A stretch of DNA of 62,640 nt from Chiloscyllium plagiosum (Eukaryota): the NCBI RefSeq assembly GCF_004010195.1, contig NC_057752.1, positions 10,010,512 to 10,073,151 on the forward strand, given 5' to 3'. Under the pieces are notes generated by a model that was not told the origin of the DNA, ran no database searches, and saw only the letters and a list, made by a program, of their open reading frames with translations. Made by a program: the position numbers and the translations under genes. This document shows, piece by piece, positions 35,544 to 46,792 of the stretch (the first letter of the stretch is position 1; the number at the start of each line of letters is the position of its first letter).

Positions 35544-37657
35544 TGCTTCCAATTAAACCTGTTGGACTATAACCTGGTGTTGTGTGATTTTTAACTTTGT
35601 ACACCCCAGTCCAACACCAGCATCTCCGAATCACCACTTGAGAGCGTGTGGGTATGTTCATTTGAGAGCGAGAGAGTGTGTGTGTGTGCATTTGAGAGAG
35701 TGTGAATGTGGGTGCATGCACTTGAGAGAGTGTGAATGTTTGTGGAGAGGGTCTGTGTAAGGGTGTGTGAGTTGGTGTGTGGGAATATATAGTGTGGTGG
35801 GGTTACCTGTAGTGTGACATGAACCCAAGATCATTGTTGAGACAATTTGCATGGGTACGGAACTTAGCTATCAGTCTTTGCTCAGCGATTTTGCATTGAT
35901 GCATATCTCGAAGTCCGCCTTGGAGGATGCTAAACTGAAGATTGGAGGCTGAATGTCCTGGACCGTCGAAGTGTTCCCCCACTGGGAGGGAGCTCCCTGT
36001 GTGTTGATCGCTGTGGTGTCCATTCATCCACTGTCGTAGCATCTGCATGGTCTCACCAATGTACCATGCCTCAGGTCATCCTTGCCTGCAACATATAAGA
36101 TAGACAACATTGGCCGAGTCACATGTGTACCTGTCGTGTATGTAGTGGGTGGTGTTCCCACCACTCGGCCAATGTCATCTATCTTATATGTTGCAGGCAA
36201 GGATGCCCCAAGGCATGGTACATTGGCAAGGCCATGCAGATGCTACAACAATGGATACGCGCAACGATCAACACATGGTAGGGGCGTGGCGGAGGGGGGG
36301 CATTCCCTCCAAGTGGGGAACACTTCGGCGGTCCAAGACATTCAGTTTCTGATCTTTGGGTGAACATCCTCGAAGGTGGACTTGAGATATGCAACAACGC
36401 AAAATCCCCGAGCAGATGCTGTTTGCTAAGTTCTGTACCCATGGGGAGGGCCTCAACTATGTGCTTGGGTTCATGTCACACTACAGGTAACCCCACCACA
36501 CTATATACTAGCACACACAGACTCACACACCTGCACACTTGTACAGATCCTCTTGCACATGCACACACACTCGCACTCTCTCAAATACACACACACACAT
36601 GCTCTCTCTCTCTCTCTCACACACACACACAAATTATCTCATTCAAGATTCCTTTCTGTCAAAAATATTAAAAAAACTCGACTTCAGCTTAAAACATAGA
36701 CAGATTTGAAGCAGCACCTCACACCAAAAGTGCATTGTATGTCACCTCTTGTACGTTGATAAAACCCTTAATTATCTCGGGATAAAGACTAGAAAGGAAT
36801 CTGGATTTTGCATTTTTATCAGCAGTCTACCTTCTAACTGATTAAAGGATTCAACAAAAGCAACTCGCTTTAAAGTTGTTAACTTTTTGCTTATAAATAC
36901 TGTCTTATGTCTCTGTCATACCACGCTGAAGGAAGGAGCTGAGCTCTGAAAGCTTGCAATTTCAAATAAACCTGTTGGACTATAACCGGGTGTAGTTTAA
37001 TATCTAAAACCAAACAGTTGTCATTATTTTGTTGCTCTTTGTGGGAAACTCATTATGAGCAAATTGGCTGTCCTATTTCCTCCATTACAATAGTGACAAC
37101 ACTCAAATAGTATCTAATCATCTATAAAACACTCTCGGACATCCTGAAGTTATGAACGATGCTGTACAGATGCAAGTTCTTCTTTCTTTCCTTCGGTTCT
37201 TAATCCCCTTGTCTATCAAAGTCTGTCAATCTCAGTTGTGAAATTTCCATTTGAAGCTTTTTGTGGGAAAAGATTTACAGATTTTTACTATCCTCTGTGT
37301 AAAGGAGTGCAAAAGCCATTTGTAGCTCCCTTTACAGATGTCTCAGCTAACATAATTTATCTCAGCAGAGTATGGGGACTAAACCTTTGTGTCTCTATAT
37401 TTTACTACTACGCCATGTAGTTAAGATACTTACTCAGTCTTCAGAATGGTAGTGCAGGTGACAAGCAGCTGCCAAATCCTATTGAAAGAAAGAGCTTCTG
37501 ATATCAACCAGACGTTAGACACGAAATTAGACTTTTGAAAAAAGAAGTCTAACACTGGCAGACAAGGAATAAATCTATTTTCTCCACATCCGAAAGCAGT
37601 AAATTACGCAGACATATCGCTTAATTCGTTCACATACTCTTTTAGTTTATTGCCCAG

Positions 37658-37963
37658 GTGAGTATTCTTCTTGTGCAGGCTAGATGGTGAATATTGGCAG
37701 GGTAGTTGACTGAGGGAGCATCATAACTGTCTTTGATCATATTGTCGTTTCCAGCAGGCAGTTTCCTGATTGTTTATTGCCTCAGGGATACTCAGGCAAC
37801 TTTTAACAACCCTGCTACCGAAGTCATCACAGACTGAATCTGGGATTTTCCTGGTTTATTTAACTTAACATCAATCCAGGCAAGTTACACTCATGAGGCA
37901 GTTCATGGATTCTGTATTTGATCTAAATACCTATTTTATTATAAATTGTTCTCATTTCTGCAG
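37658..37963 (+). other. Putative 5'UTR intron of the GPR182-like gene
   Basis: A consensus donor CAG|GTGAGT lies at 37655-37663. An acceptor TTGTTCTCATTTCTGCAG ends at 37963, 22 nt before the GCCATG start. Confidence 0.65.
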
Positions 37964-37985
37964 ATTCTACAAGGAGAGCTCAGCC

Positions 37986-38993
37986 ATGATGACTCCTAAC
38001 ATCAGCTTGCATGTCAACAACAGTGATGACTGCTATGGTTATAACTGCAGGTGTTTGATATATTTGGATTACAAGACAATGGACATGACAATGTTTTCTT
38101 TCTATCTATTCTTTCTTTTGGTAGGTCTGATAGAAAATATCATTGTCATTTGGATAAACTGGCGGTTGGAAGGGTCCAGGAAAGAAAGCAATCTTTACAT
38201 TTTTAATATGGCTATCGCTGACTTGTGTGCTGTTTTATTCATCCCATTAAGGATGGCAGAGACCTTTTACAATTACCACTGGATCTGGGGAGACTTTCTG
38301 TGTAAATTTGATTCCTTCATTTATTTTGTTACTCTGTACAGCAGCATTTTCTTCCTGGCCTGCTTTAGCATTGACAGATACGTCTCACTGCGATATCCAT
38401 TCCAAGCCCAGGGATCACGAGACCGTCATATCCGTAGGATGGTGTGTGTGTGCATGTGGACTGTGGCAATACTACTATCTGTACCACAGTTTGTGCATTC
38501 TGAAATTTTTGGTATTGTGTATATTTATTGCTACTTATCTCATGCGTTATCGTTGTATGTTACAAACTCTCTGACTTTAGTTCTTGGATTTATCATTCCT
38601 TTGCCTATAATTATACTGAGTAATATTTTCACTGCAAGAGCTATGAAAAATTCCAGTAACACAGAAAGCATAAAAACCAGTAAAATAATATATGGTTACA
38701 TCATAGCATTTTTGATATGCTGGTTACCATTTTACATAATTGTACTTCTTTCCCTACTGGATATCTTTCTTGACTGTATTGTGCTCGAGTTTATATATTT
38801 CTTTTATGACATGGTGGAGTGCCTCAGCTTTTTCCACTGTATCGTAAATCCCATTCTGTACAACTTTATACACAAAGATTTTCGGGATCATTTAACAGCC
38901 AGTGTTGTGAAGTACATGCCCAAACAATATGTCAAGGAGGATGATGATGTTTCCATTTCTTCAGACACCAGGCATATCGTGGTCATTACATGA
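37986..38993 (+). CDS. GPR182: GPR182 (ACKR5)-like class A GPCR / atypical chemokine receptor, 335 aa, single coding exon
   Basis: The intact 7-TM ORF has the GPR182-type motifs VGLIEN..VIW.NWR, NLYIFNMAIAD, YSSIFFL.C.S.DRYV.L, CWLPF and FFYD..C.S..HC..NPILYNF, plus the C-terminal TRHIVVIT (human TQHSIIIT). The start is placed at the Kozak GCCATG (37986) because the ORF-track ATG at 37893 lies upstream of the splice acceptor. Ortholog versus paralog is not resolved. Confidence 0.9.
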   Translation: MMTPNISLHVNNSDDCYGYNCRCLIYLDYKTMDMTMFSFYLFFLLVGLIENIIVIWINWRLEGSRKESNLYIFNMAIADLCAVLFIPLRMAETFYNYHWIWGDFLCKFDSFIYFVTLYSSIFFLACFSIDRYVSLRYPFQAQGSRDRHIRRMVCVCMWTVAILLSVPQFVHSEIFGIVYIYCYLSHALSLYVTNSLTLVLGFIIPLPIIILSNIFTARAMKNSSNTESIKTSKIIYGYIIAFLICWLPFYIIVLLSLLDIFLDCIVLEFIYFFYDMVECLSFFHCIVNPILYNFIHKDFRDHLTASVVKYMPKQYVKEDDDVSISSDTRHIVVIT

Positions 38994-39270
38994 TTTAATC
39001 CTTTGACAAGCAGGAGAAAATGAGGGGTGTTATTGATTTGGTCAAAATGATCTGCCATTTTTTTTCTTCTATTGCTGTTCTTATTTCAATGTTATTTTTT
39101 ATGATCCGAGTTGATGGTAATACTGGACATCTCAAATCCCAGATTGAAACTTGGTTTGATAGATCACATGTTTAATGTTTGCAGTTGGTTCTGTGGTGGT
39201 TAATCGCTGAAACGTATCTGCATGAGGTTGCAAATATTCTTTGATAACAGAACGTAAGTTTAAACCACAA

Positions 39271-39342
39271 AATAAAGAAAACAAACAAAGCTATATGTGT
39301 ACACATGCACACAAATAAAATTGGGAGAAAGATCTGAATAAA
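39271..39342 (+). terminator. Candidate polyadenylation signals for the GPCR gene
   Basis: AATAAA occurs at 39271, about 39314 and about 39337, 280-350 nt after the stop codon. Confidence 0.4.
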
Positions 39343-40264
39343 AATATCAGAACAAAATTTCAACCTGATTCCCAGTCCTGTCCTTTTACTGATACTCAAT
39401 TCCATAGTGATTTTACTCCTTTCAGAACTATTTAAGTTCTTACTGCAGTTTCTGCAGTCACATGCTTTCTTGGAGTTAATGCACTTAGGTCACTATTCCA
39501 AAGTACTTTATGACCTGTTTAAAAAAAATTACTTTCACAGGTCTAACCCAAATAAAAACCCCAAAATTGATATAGTACACCTTTCACCACAAATGAAAGT
39601 CATATGAGCATCTTATTGCTGTAAAATATTAAATAGTTCCAATTAAATATTTTGTTAGAAGAAGGATGCAAATGAGGCAAAGAATGTGGCTCCATGTCAC
39701 ATGACGTCGCTTCGCAAATATAGAACATTCCCAAGGTTTCATCTCATTATGTGTTGCCTCAGTCTCAGAAATTTCTTGGAATCGGACTTTGGAGTTTTTC
39801 ATCCATAAGTACCAAAAACAACTCCTTCTCAAGCCTTCAGCCTACTGGAGTCATTTAGCACAAATTTCAGAGTTAGTAGTAAAATCTTGAAAATAATTGA
39901 GTTGTGTGGGATTTGTGGGTTGTTTTGTCATGACCATGTGTTGAAAATTACCATTGTTTGGAAACCCCTGTATTATTGTATTGAATATAGAATATTGAAT
40001 ACCCAGTTTGTGGAAGGATTCAGCTCCCTGAGCACATTGTGCATTCCTAGCAACCTAGAGGCTCCAAGCCACTTGTACACAGACAGGAAGGGGTTGGGGG
40101 AACAACAGTGTGCCTCTTCCTAATTAGTTTCACAATAGCAGTTGACTTTTCTCTTATCATTTGGTGGAGGAGGTATGGATCTGAGTTGGTGGAAACCAAA
40201 TGGATAATGATGAAAATAAGACAAATTAAATGCACAAACTTCATCCATGAGTCTGATTAAAAGT

Positions 40265-40660
40265 TGGGTTTGGTTCAGTTAGTAACAGTCTCACCTCCAA
40301 GTTTGAACATTGCAGCTTCATACCCTTGTTCAAAATTTGAGTACAATAATTCATGCAAATCATTTAGTATTGTGGTGAGGAATATCACCTTATCGGAACT
40401 GTATGAGCTAGTAAACAGAGACCTGATCTATTAGGTCAGGTAGATGTTAATGTATTACGTAAGGACAAATGAGTTTTCAGGAATTTTCCCAGCATCCTAG
40501 TTCAACTCCTGATCCAATTAACTGATCTTTGATTGCTTAGCTGTTTGTAAATCACTGCTGTGCATAAAATGGTTATCATATTTGCCTACATAAGTGAATA
40601 TACTTCAAAAAATACATCATTGTAAGGGAAGTATTTTGAGGGAGATGTGTTGTATAATCA
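40265..40660 (+). mobile_element. Highly diverged Deu-type SINE
   Basis: It has the head TGGTTCAGTTAGTAACAGTCTCACCTC, the core TCAGGTAGATGTTAA and the 3' part GCTGTTTGT..TGCTGTGCATAAAATGG..CCTACAT..TACTTCAAAA. Confidence 0.55.
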
Positions 40661-40699
40661 CAAAGCTTTCTGTCTTACACGTTGCCCTCCTTATACCTC

Positions 40700-40865
40700 T
40701 TTGCCTCATTTCCTCTTTTAAGATGCTTCTTTAAACCAACCTTTCTGACCAAGCTTTTGAGTATTTCCTCTAAAATCTTGTTTGGTTTGGTGTCATGTTC
40801 TTAACAATACTCCTGCAGTTGCGGAATATTCTATTTAATTAAAAGCGCTATATAACTAGGTTTTC
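40700..40865 (+). mobile_element. L2-like LINE 3' end
   Basis: It reads TTTAAGATGCTTCTTTAAACCAACCTTTCTGACCAAGCTTTTG...AAAGCGCTATATAA, a typical L2/Deu-type terminus. Confidence 0.55.
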
Positions 40866-40882
40866 TTATTCATGCATTATCC

Positions 40883-41100
40883 TATGGCTCAGTTGGTGAA
40901 TGCAGCACAATTATTACAGACCATATAGCCTCTGGTTCAATTCCTGGTATGTGCTGATTTAGCTGCTTTCAGCGAGAGCACTATTAGCTGTGCTGCAATA
41001 AACCTCGGCTGCTATAATTAGCAAAAAATCAAACAGGGATACTGCACTCAACAGGAAAGCACATAAATGAGGGCAGGAATGGTCTTGACAGCAATGTTTT
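40883..41100 (+). mobile_element. Ancient tRNA-derived SINE, AmnSINE2-like
   Basis: It has the A box TGGCTCAGTTGG and B box GGTTCAATTCC, followed by TGGTATGTGCTGATTTAGCTG..TCAGC and AAAAATCAAACAGGG, matching the recalled AmnSINE2 consensus. Confidence 0.6.
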
Positions 41101-42199
41101 CATATGGCATACTTGAAAAGATATGATAAGTCGCTATATGTCTCACAGTTGCCATGCTAATTGCTGAGTTAACAGCTGAATGCAGCACTTGAGCAAGCTC
41201 ACGAAATCAAACAGTGACCTTCTGATGGGGTGGGAAAATAGCTGTCTCTTTATTATCAAATAAAAATTATGAAACTGTGATTGTGTTCGGAATATGTGTC
41301 AATTTCCACATTGATCAAATCTGTTTTCTTGTTTCTTATTGATTATGATTTGTCCCAGTCTTAATGCTCACTAATCATACTTCATTGAACCATTCTCCTA
41401 CATTTACCCTTCTCCAGAAAACGTTCTGCCCAATCAAATTATAACAAAACAAAAAGCACTCAAAAACACACATGGCAACTCCTCACAGAAAGCACTCCAA
41501 AATCTACAAAAATAATGTTTTTTTTTAAGGTCGTTATCACTGTAGTAAAAATACATGGCTAATTCCAAACCTGTAACTGAAATCTTGAGGTTTGGCTTAA
41601 TTGCCACTGGTTAGGCTACTATTGTTATTTCTGATTTGCACTGCGCTAATTCAGTACAATTCCTGGGAGGCAACAGAGGCTCAGGAGCTTAACAAGTGAC
41701 AATAGCAGGGGGGGGGGGGGGTGTCCCTCTGCATCCTCACTGCAGGAACCTGGCAGTCATCAAAAACAAGTTCCACAGTTTAGCTTTCACAAGAGGTTTG
41801 GACAGAACTGCTGCAAGTTTTGTGTTGAATCTATGATGTGGGATATTAAATATTACTCTGTGAATATTCCACAATATGCGTTTAAAACAAACAATTTAAA
41901 ATCTTATAAAAATAAATATATAAGGGCGAAGAGTGTCCCAGACGATAGTTCATGATGCAATAAGGTTTTATGCATAACAGATATACAACCCACTTTAAAT
42001 TTAATGTCCTGGTCAACACACTTTCCCAGTCTTCGCACCTGAACATCAATTGGGGTGTACGATTCATCACTGGCTGTCTCTCCAAGGTTGAAAAGATTGG
42101 GAATGACTCAGGTTCCATGGTGGTGTTGTTTCACTTGATTCTGGTGCTGGTATACTTGCTGCAACATTGCCACCACAATTGCAACCATTATCACCACCT

Positions 42200-43532
42200 T
42201 ACTGCCATCATCCTGGTACCAAAGAAAACACATGTGATACGCCTTAATGACTACTGCCTGGTGGCTCTGACCTCCATAATTTTGAAGTGCTTTGAGAGGT
42301 CAGTCATAGCTCATATGAACTCTAGCCTCCCAGCCTGCCTTGATCCTTTGCAATTTGCCTACCGGTGCAACAGGTTCATGGCAGATGCCATTCTCCCTAG
42401 CCTTGGAACATCTGGACAAGAAGGACATCGACGCCAGTCTTCTACGTTTTGACTACAGCTCCGCCTTCAACACTATAATCCCAATCAAACTAATCTTCAA
42501 ACTCCGAGACCTAGGTCTCTGCTCCGCCCTTTGCAACTGGATCTTCAATTTGCTGACCCACAGACCACAATCTGAGGATAGATAACAGCACCACCTCCAT
42601 GACAATTCTCAATACCGGCACCCTGCAAAGCTGCGTCCTCAGCCCCTTACTGTACTCCCTGTATACTCATGATTGTGTGGCCAAATTTCATCCAAACTCC
42701 ATCTATAGGTTCGCTGATTACACCATGGTTGTAGGCCAGAAATCAAAACAATGACAAGACAGAATATAGGCAAGAGAGAGAGTGCTTGGTGTAAAGATAA
42801 CAATCTCTCCTTCAACGTCAGCAAAACCAAAGAGCTGATCATCGACTTCAGGAAGCAGGAAGGAGGGCACGTCCCCTATCTACATCAATGGAAGTAGTTG
42901 AGAGCGTCAAGTTCCTAGGTGTGACAATCGCCAACAATCTGTTCTGGGCCACCCAAGTTGATGCGATGGTCAAGAAGGCACAACAATGCCTCTTCTTCCT
43001 CAGCAGACCAAGGAAATTCAGCATGTCTAGAAGACCTCTCACCAATTTTTACTGATGCACCATAGAAAGCATTCTATTCGGATCCATCACGGCTTGGTAC
43101 GGCAACCGCACTGCCCAGGCCCATAAGGAACTACAGAGAGTTGTGAACACTTCCCACTCTATCACACAAGCTAACATTCCATCCATTTACATTCCTCACT
43201 GCCTTGGAAAGACAATCAACATCATTAAAGACCCCTCCCACCCCGGTTATAATCTCTTCCAACTTTTCCATTGTCCAGAAGATACAAAAGCTTAAACACA
43301 TGGACCAACAGGTTCAAGAACAGCTTCTTCCCCACTGTTATTAGACTTCTGAATGGACCTCTCAGATTTCAAATCTGATGTTGATCTTGCTTTTTGTGCA
43401 ATTTTGTGTAACTTTGTATTTTTCGCTCTTTTCTATCACCCTATGATCTTTATGTGGTATGATCTGCCTGTACTGCACGCAAAACAAAACTTTTCACTGT
43501 ACCTAGGGACATGTGACAATAATAAATCAAGT
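42200..43532 (+). mobile_element. Rex1/Babar LINE, 5'-truncated (RT + 3' end)
   Basis: It encodes [53 protein letters not shown] and VLSPLLYSLYTHDC..FAD. Confidence 0.9.
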
Positions 43533-44227
43533 CAAATATTTCAGGTAGGCCATTCAACCAATGCAAATTAAGCATCTGTTTCCCATTGCAGTGATGCTGT
43601 TATAGTCTCAGAAATGGAGGGTATGATATTCAAGTAACATACAGATGAATAAGTTATCCAATCCTGAGTGTGCCACAATTTCATTTTGAAACTTGGCATT
43701 TTGCGCTTCTAGCAACTCCATCCACTCTATGACACAGGACTGCTCTTTGCTTTCAAGCTTTCCTCTGTGCAGTGCAATGCTGCATGTTTGTCTTTCAGCC
43801 TGCTGATCTTTTTGTCCTTCTTCTGTAAATAACAGCACTCAGAAGGCAAAGGAGCTAGCAAGTGATTGGGTTGACCATTTGTGGCAATTCAGGTCTGGCC
43901 ACTTATTCCAGCGCCAGGGCCCAGGAGACTGCTTCTGGGCCCAGGAGACTGCTGCAAGCATCCATGTTAGAATCACCTTTCGCTAGTGTCTCATTCATTC
44001 TCGTCTCAGGCCACTGTCATTTGAGCAGACTTGTCCTTCCAGAGAGGAAATTGAACATTTAGAAAATGTGAATTCACAACTATCACACTTGAGCTCTGAA
44101 ATACTATTTGCAGTGAGAATCAACATTTCTAGAGAACAGTTTTCCTGGATGTATTTACACTTCTCGTGCCCTATTCACCCTCATGTGCAGGGGACATTGT
44201 CACCGCTGTCTCAACAATGGTGTCAAT

Positions 44228-44300
44228 CAGTGGTTCCCAACCTCTTTAGTAACAGGGCACACTCCACAGAGACAAACAATTCCACAACATGCCCACTGTT
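44228..44300 (+). mobile_element. Possible hAT (Charlie-like) terminal fragment
   Basis: CAGTGGTTCCCAACCT is a typical hAT TIR start. No partner TIR was found. Confidence 0.35.
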
Positions 44301-46792
44301 TCAGGGGATCATGGTTGTTGGGGGAAGGCAGGAGAATGGGGTCGAGAAACATATCAGCCACGATCGAATGGTGGAACAGAGCCAGTGGGCCAAATGGCCT
44401 AATTCTGCTCCTACATCTTATGTTCTTATGAACTAATTGCTCATAAACATAAGATGTACTTTCATTTACTATGGTCTTAGTAGAGAGGTTTGCAACATAA
44501 TGCATACAAGCTAAAGAAGGATCAACTGCATTCATGTTTCAAATCCACTGGGAAAAACATACAAGCTTTGACTGTGAGCACAGACACATTTTCAAAATCT
44601 ACTCAATTCAATTATTTCGAACTATTCTTGATCCTAAATCTGTCTCACAAACTGTACTTGGTTCAGGGGTCTGAATTTTGCAGATGACGTTTCATAATTA
44701 AAGCAGTATTTTTAAAAGGATAATTTGAATTAAATAATCGAATAGATTCTGAAACAACTCCACAGAGGTTGGTATCCTCTGTGTATAGTACTTGCCACTG
44801 ATCCAGCTCCCTCAGAGCCAGCTCTCAGAGTAAACAGAACCTCTGATACTCCTGCTTCTGTCTGTCAGCCAGTGCTCTCAGATCAGGTTAACAGCCCCCA
44901 ATCAGGCAACTCATTTTATGAGGTCCACCTGGCTGACCTCGGTCTAAGACTGGGGACGTGGACCTGTTCTTTATCTTGTAGCTCCTCCTGAGATGTTTTT
45001 GCACAAAGTCCAGTTCCTCTGACTCAGCCTCGGATATGGGCGGTGTGTACCAGACCGTAGCCTGCCTCTTGCACCTGGAGCACCTCGGAAGAAATTCATC
45101 CTCTTCTTCAGACGGTAAAGGCATTAAAGCTGCGATATCCACCGTGTCCATCTCGGACTGCAATGTTTCTTCGATACTAGACAAAGGGGGAGAACCCACA
45201 GGTTCTGACAACCTTTCAAGCTGTTATGAGGGGCTGAGCATGTTTTATTCCTGCCCCATTTGCAAGTTTGCAGCTTTCATGTCATCCATGTGCTTGTTCA
45301 GGACTGTCTCACCTAGCTGAACTTTGTACACATCATGGGACCTGACCTCGTGTCAACCATACCTCTTACCCATTCATTTCCATGGTTTCTGCACCAAACT
45401 TTGTCCCTTGAAGTAAACTGTCCCTCTTGCTTAGAGGACTTCTGTGTCCCGCACTGGTTTCCTGATGCTGTTTCAGCCGTCCCCCCAGATCAGATTTAAC
45501 CTGGTACAGAGTCTTCTCCCCATTAGCAACTCTGCTGGAGCTAACCCTGTGGATGCACGAGGGGTGGTCTTATAATAAATAGGAACTGGGACAGTTTGGT
45601 ATCTAGTGAAACTGTAGGCTGTTTCTTTAAGCCTGCCTTCAAACGTTTGGGCTGCTCCTTCCACCAGACTATTGGATGATGGATGTTATGGAGCTGTACT
45701 TATATGCTGAATGCCTGAAAATACCTGAATTTGCTGCAAGTAAATGATGGCCCGTTGTCTGTGACCAACACTTCCGGAGCCCGTGTATTGCAAAAGATGC
45801 TCAGTTTTTCCATTGTTGTCCCCGTGTTTGACAAATGAATTCTATACATGTCCAATCACTTTGAGTAGCTGTCCACAATGACGAAGAACACTGTGCCCAC
45901 GAAAGGGTCGGCAGAGTCGACATATAACCGAGTCCAGGGGTCATCCAATCACTCCCCCTGTGGGGAGATGCTGGTGGTAATTTTTGTCCTTGTTGGCACT
46001 CTGGGCACTGCCCCACCAGCGCGGCCATATCTGCATCCAATCCTGGCTGCCAGATTTAACTTCTCACCATCATCTTCACTTTGGACATTTCTGGATAACC
46101 CTGGTGGAGCTCAGCCAGATGGTGACTTTTGCTTGGGGCAATCACTCTTGCTCCTTATAATAAAATGCCGAATCTACAGTGATCCGGTCTAACCAGGTCT
46201 AGAAAGGTTTCAGTTCTGGTTGAGATGGCCCTTTTGTTCCTCCCAACAGCCCCACCAGCTGTTTTACTTTTGCCAGGACCAGATCTTTCTGCAGTAAACA
46301 GTCTGATATTGTCAGCTGTGACTGGGTGTCCAGAAAGTTTAAAAACAGAGCAGACCCTTCCAGTACTGGCACCCCTTGATGGTCCATCCGCTAGCGGGTG
46401 GCAGCTCAATGCATCCACATTTGCTACTTGTCCTCCTGGACAGTGTTCCAACTTGTATGCACTCAGTGAGAGCCCACTGCTGAATTTGGCCTGAAGCTAT
46501 GGGTGGCATAGCCTTGTCCTCTTTGAGTAGCCCTAGCAGGGGTTTGTGGTCTGTTACTGTTACAAACTTACATCCATAAAGGTATTGGTGGAATGTTCTC
46601 ACACCAAAGATGACCACCCAACCTTCCTTGTGTATCTGGGTGTATTTGCACTCTGCATCAGCCAAAGTTCAGGAAGCATGCACTATTGGGTGTTTCTCTC
46701 CATTGGACCATCTGTGAGCCAACACTACCCCAATACTGTGTGGGGAAGTATTGCATGCCAGCACCAGATCTTGCTTGGGATCACAGTGTCGT

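Larger units (their letters stand above)
33839..35634. mobile_element. Nested Penelope pLTR pair enclosing about 1.35 kb of unrelated DNA
   Basis: An 11-bp direct repeat CACTTGAGAGC lies at 33828-33838 and 35635-35645. About 33840-33990 is inverted relative to about 35443-35592. Confidence 0.75.
33091..36998. mobile_element. Large Penelope-like fold-back element (inverted GIY-YIG + microsatellite + pLTR arms)
   Basis: A 12-bp TSD AATATCTAAAAC lies at 33079-33090 and 36999-37010. About 33140-33425 is inverted relative to about 36717-36998. GIY-YIG sequence (ANV.YLICCRQG...WYIG..MQML) occurs on both strands around a centre at about 36140. Confidence 0.88.
30806..37190 (+). mobile_element. Deu-domain SINE (SacSINE1/AmnSINE1-like) split into 30806-30920, 33056-33090 and 37011-37190
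   Basis: The pieces are collinear with the recalled Deu-SINE consensus: GATGAGATGTTGAACTGAGG..CCCTCTCAGGTGGATG..CCCATGG, then TGGTCAATATTTATCCCTCAACCAA, then TTTGTGGGA..GCAAATTGGCTG..CATTACAATAGTGAC..ATGCAAGTTCTT. Confidence 0.75.

Noticed and set aside
37893..37985. 31-aa N-terminal extension of the GPCR ORF
   Set aside because: It spans a polypyrimidine tract and AG acceptor, so it is most likely intronic or UTR.
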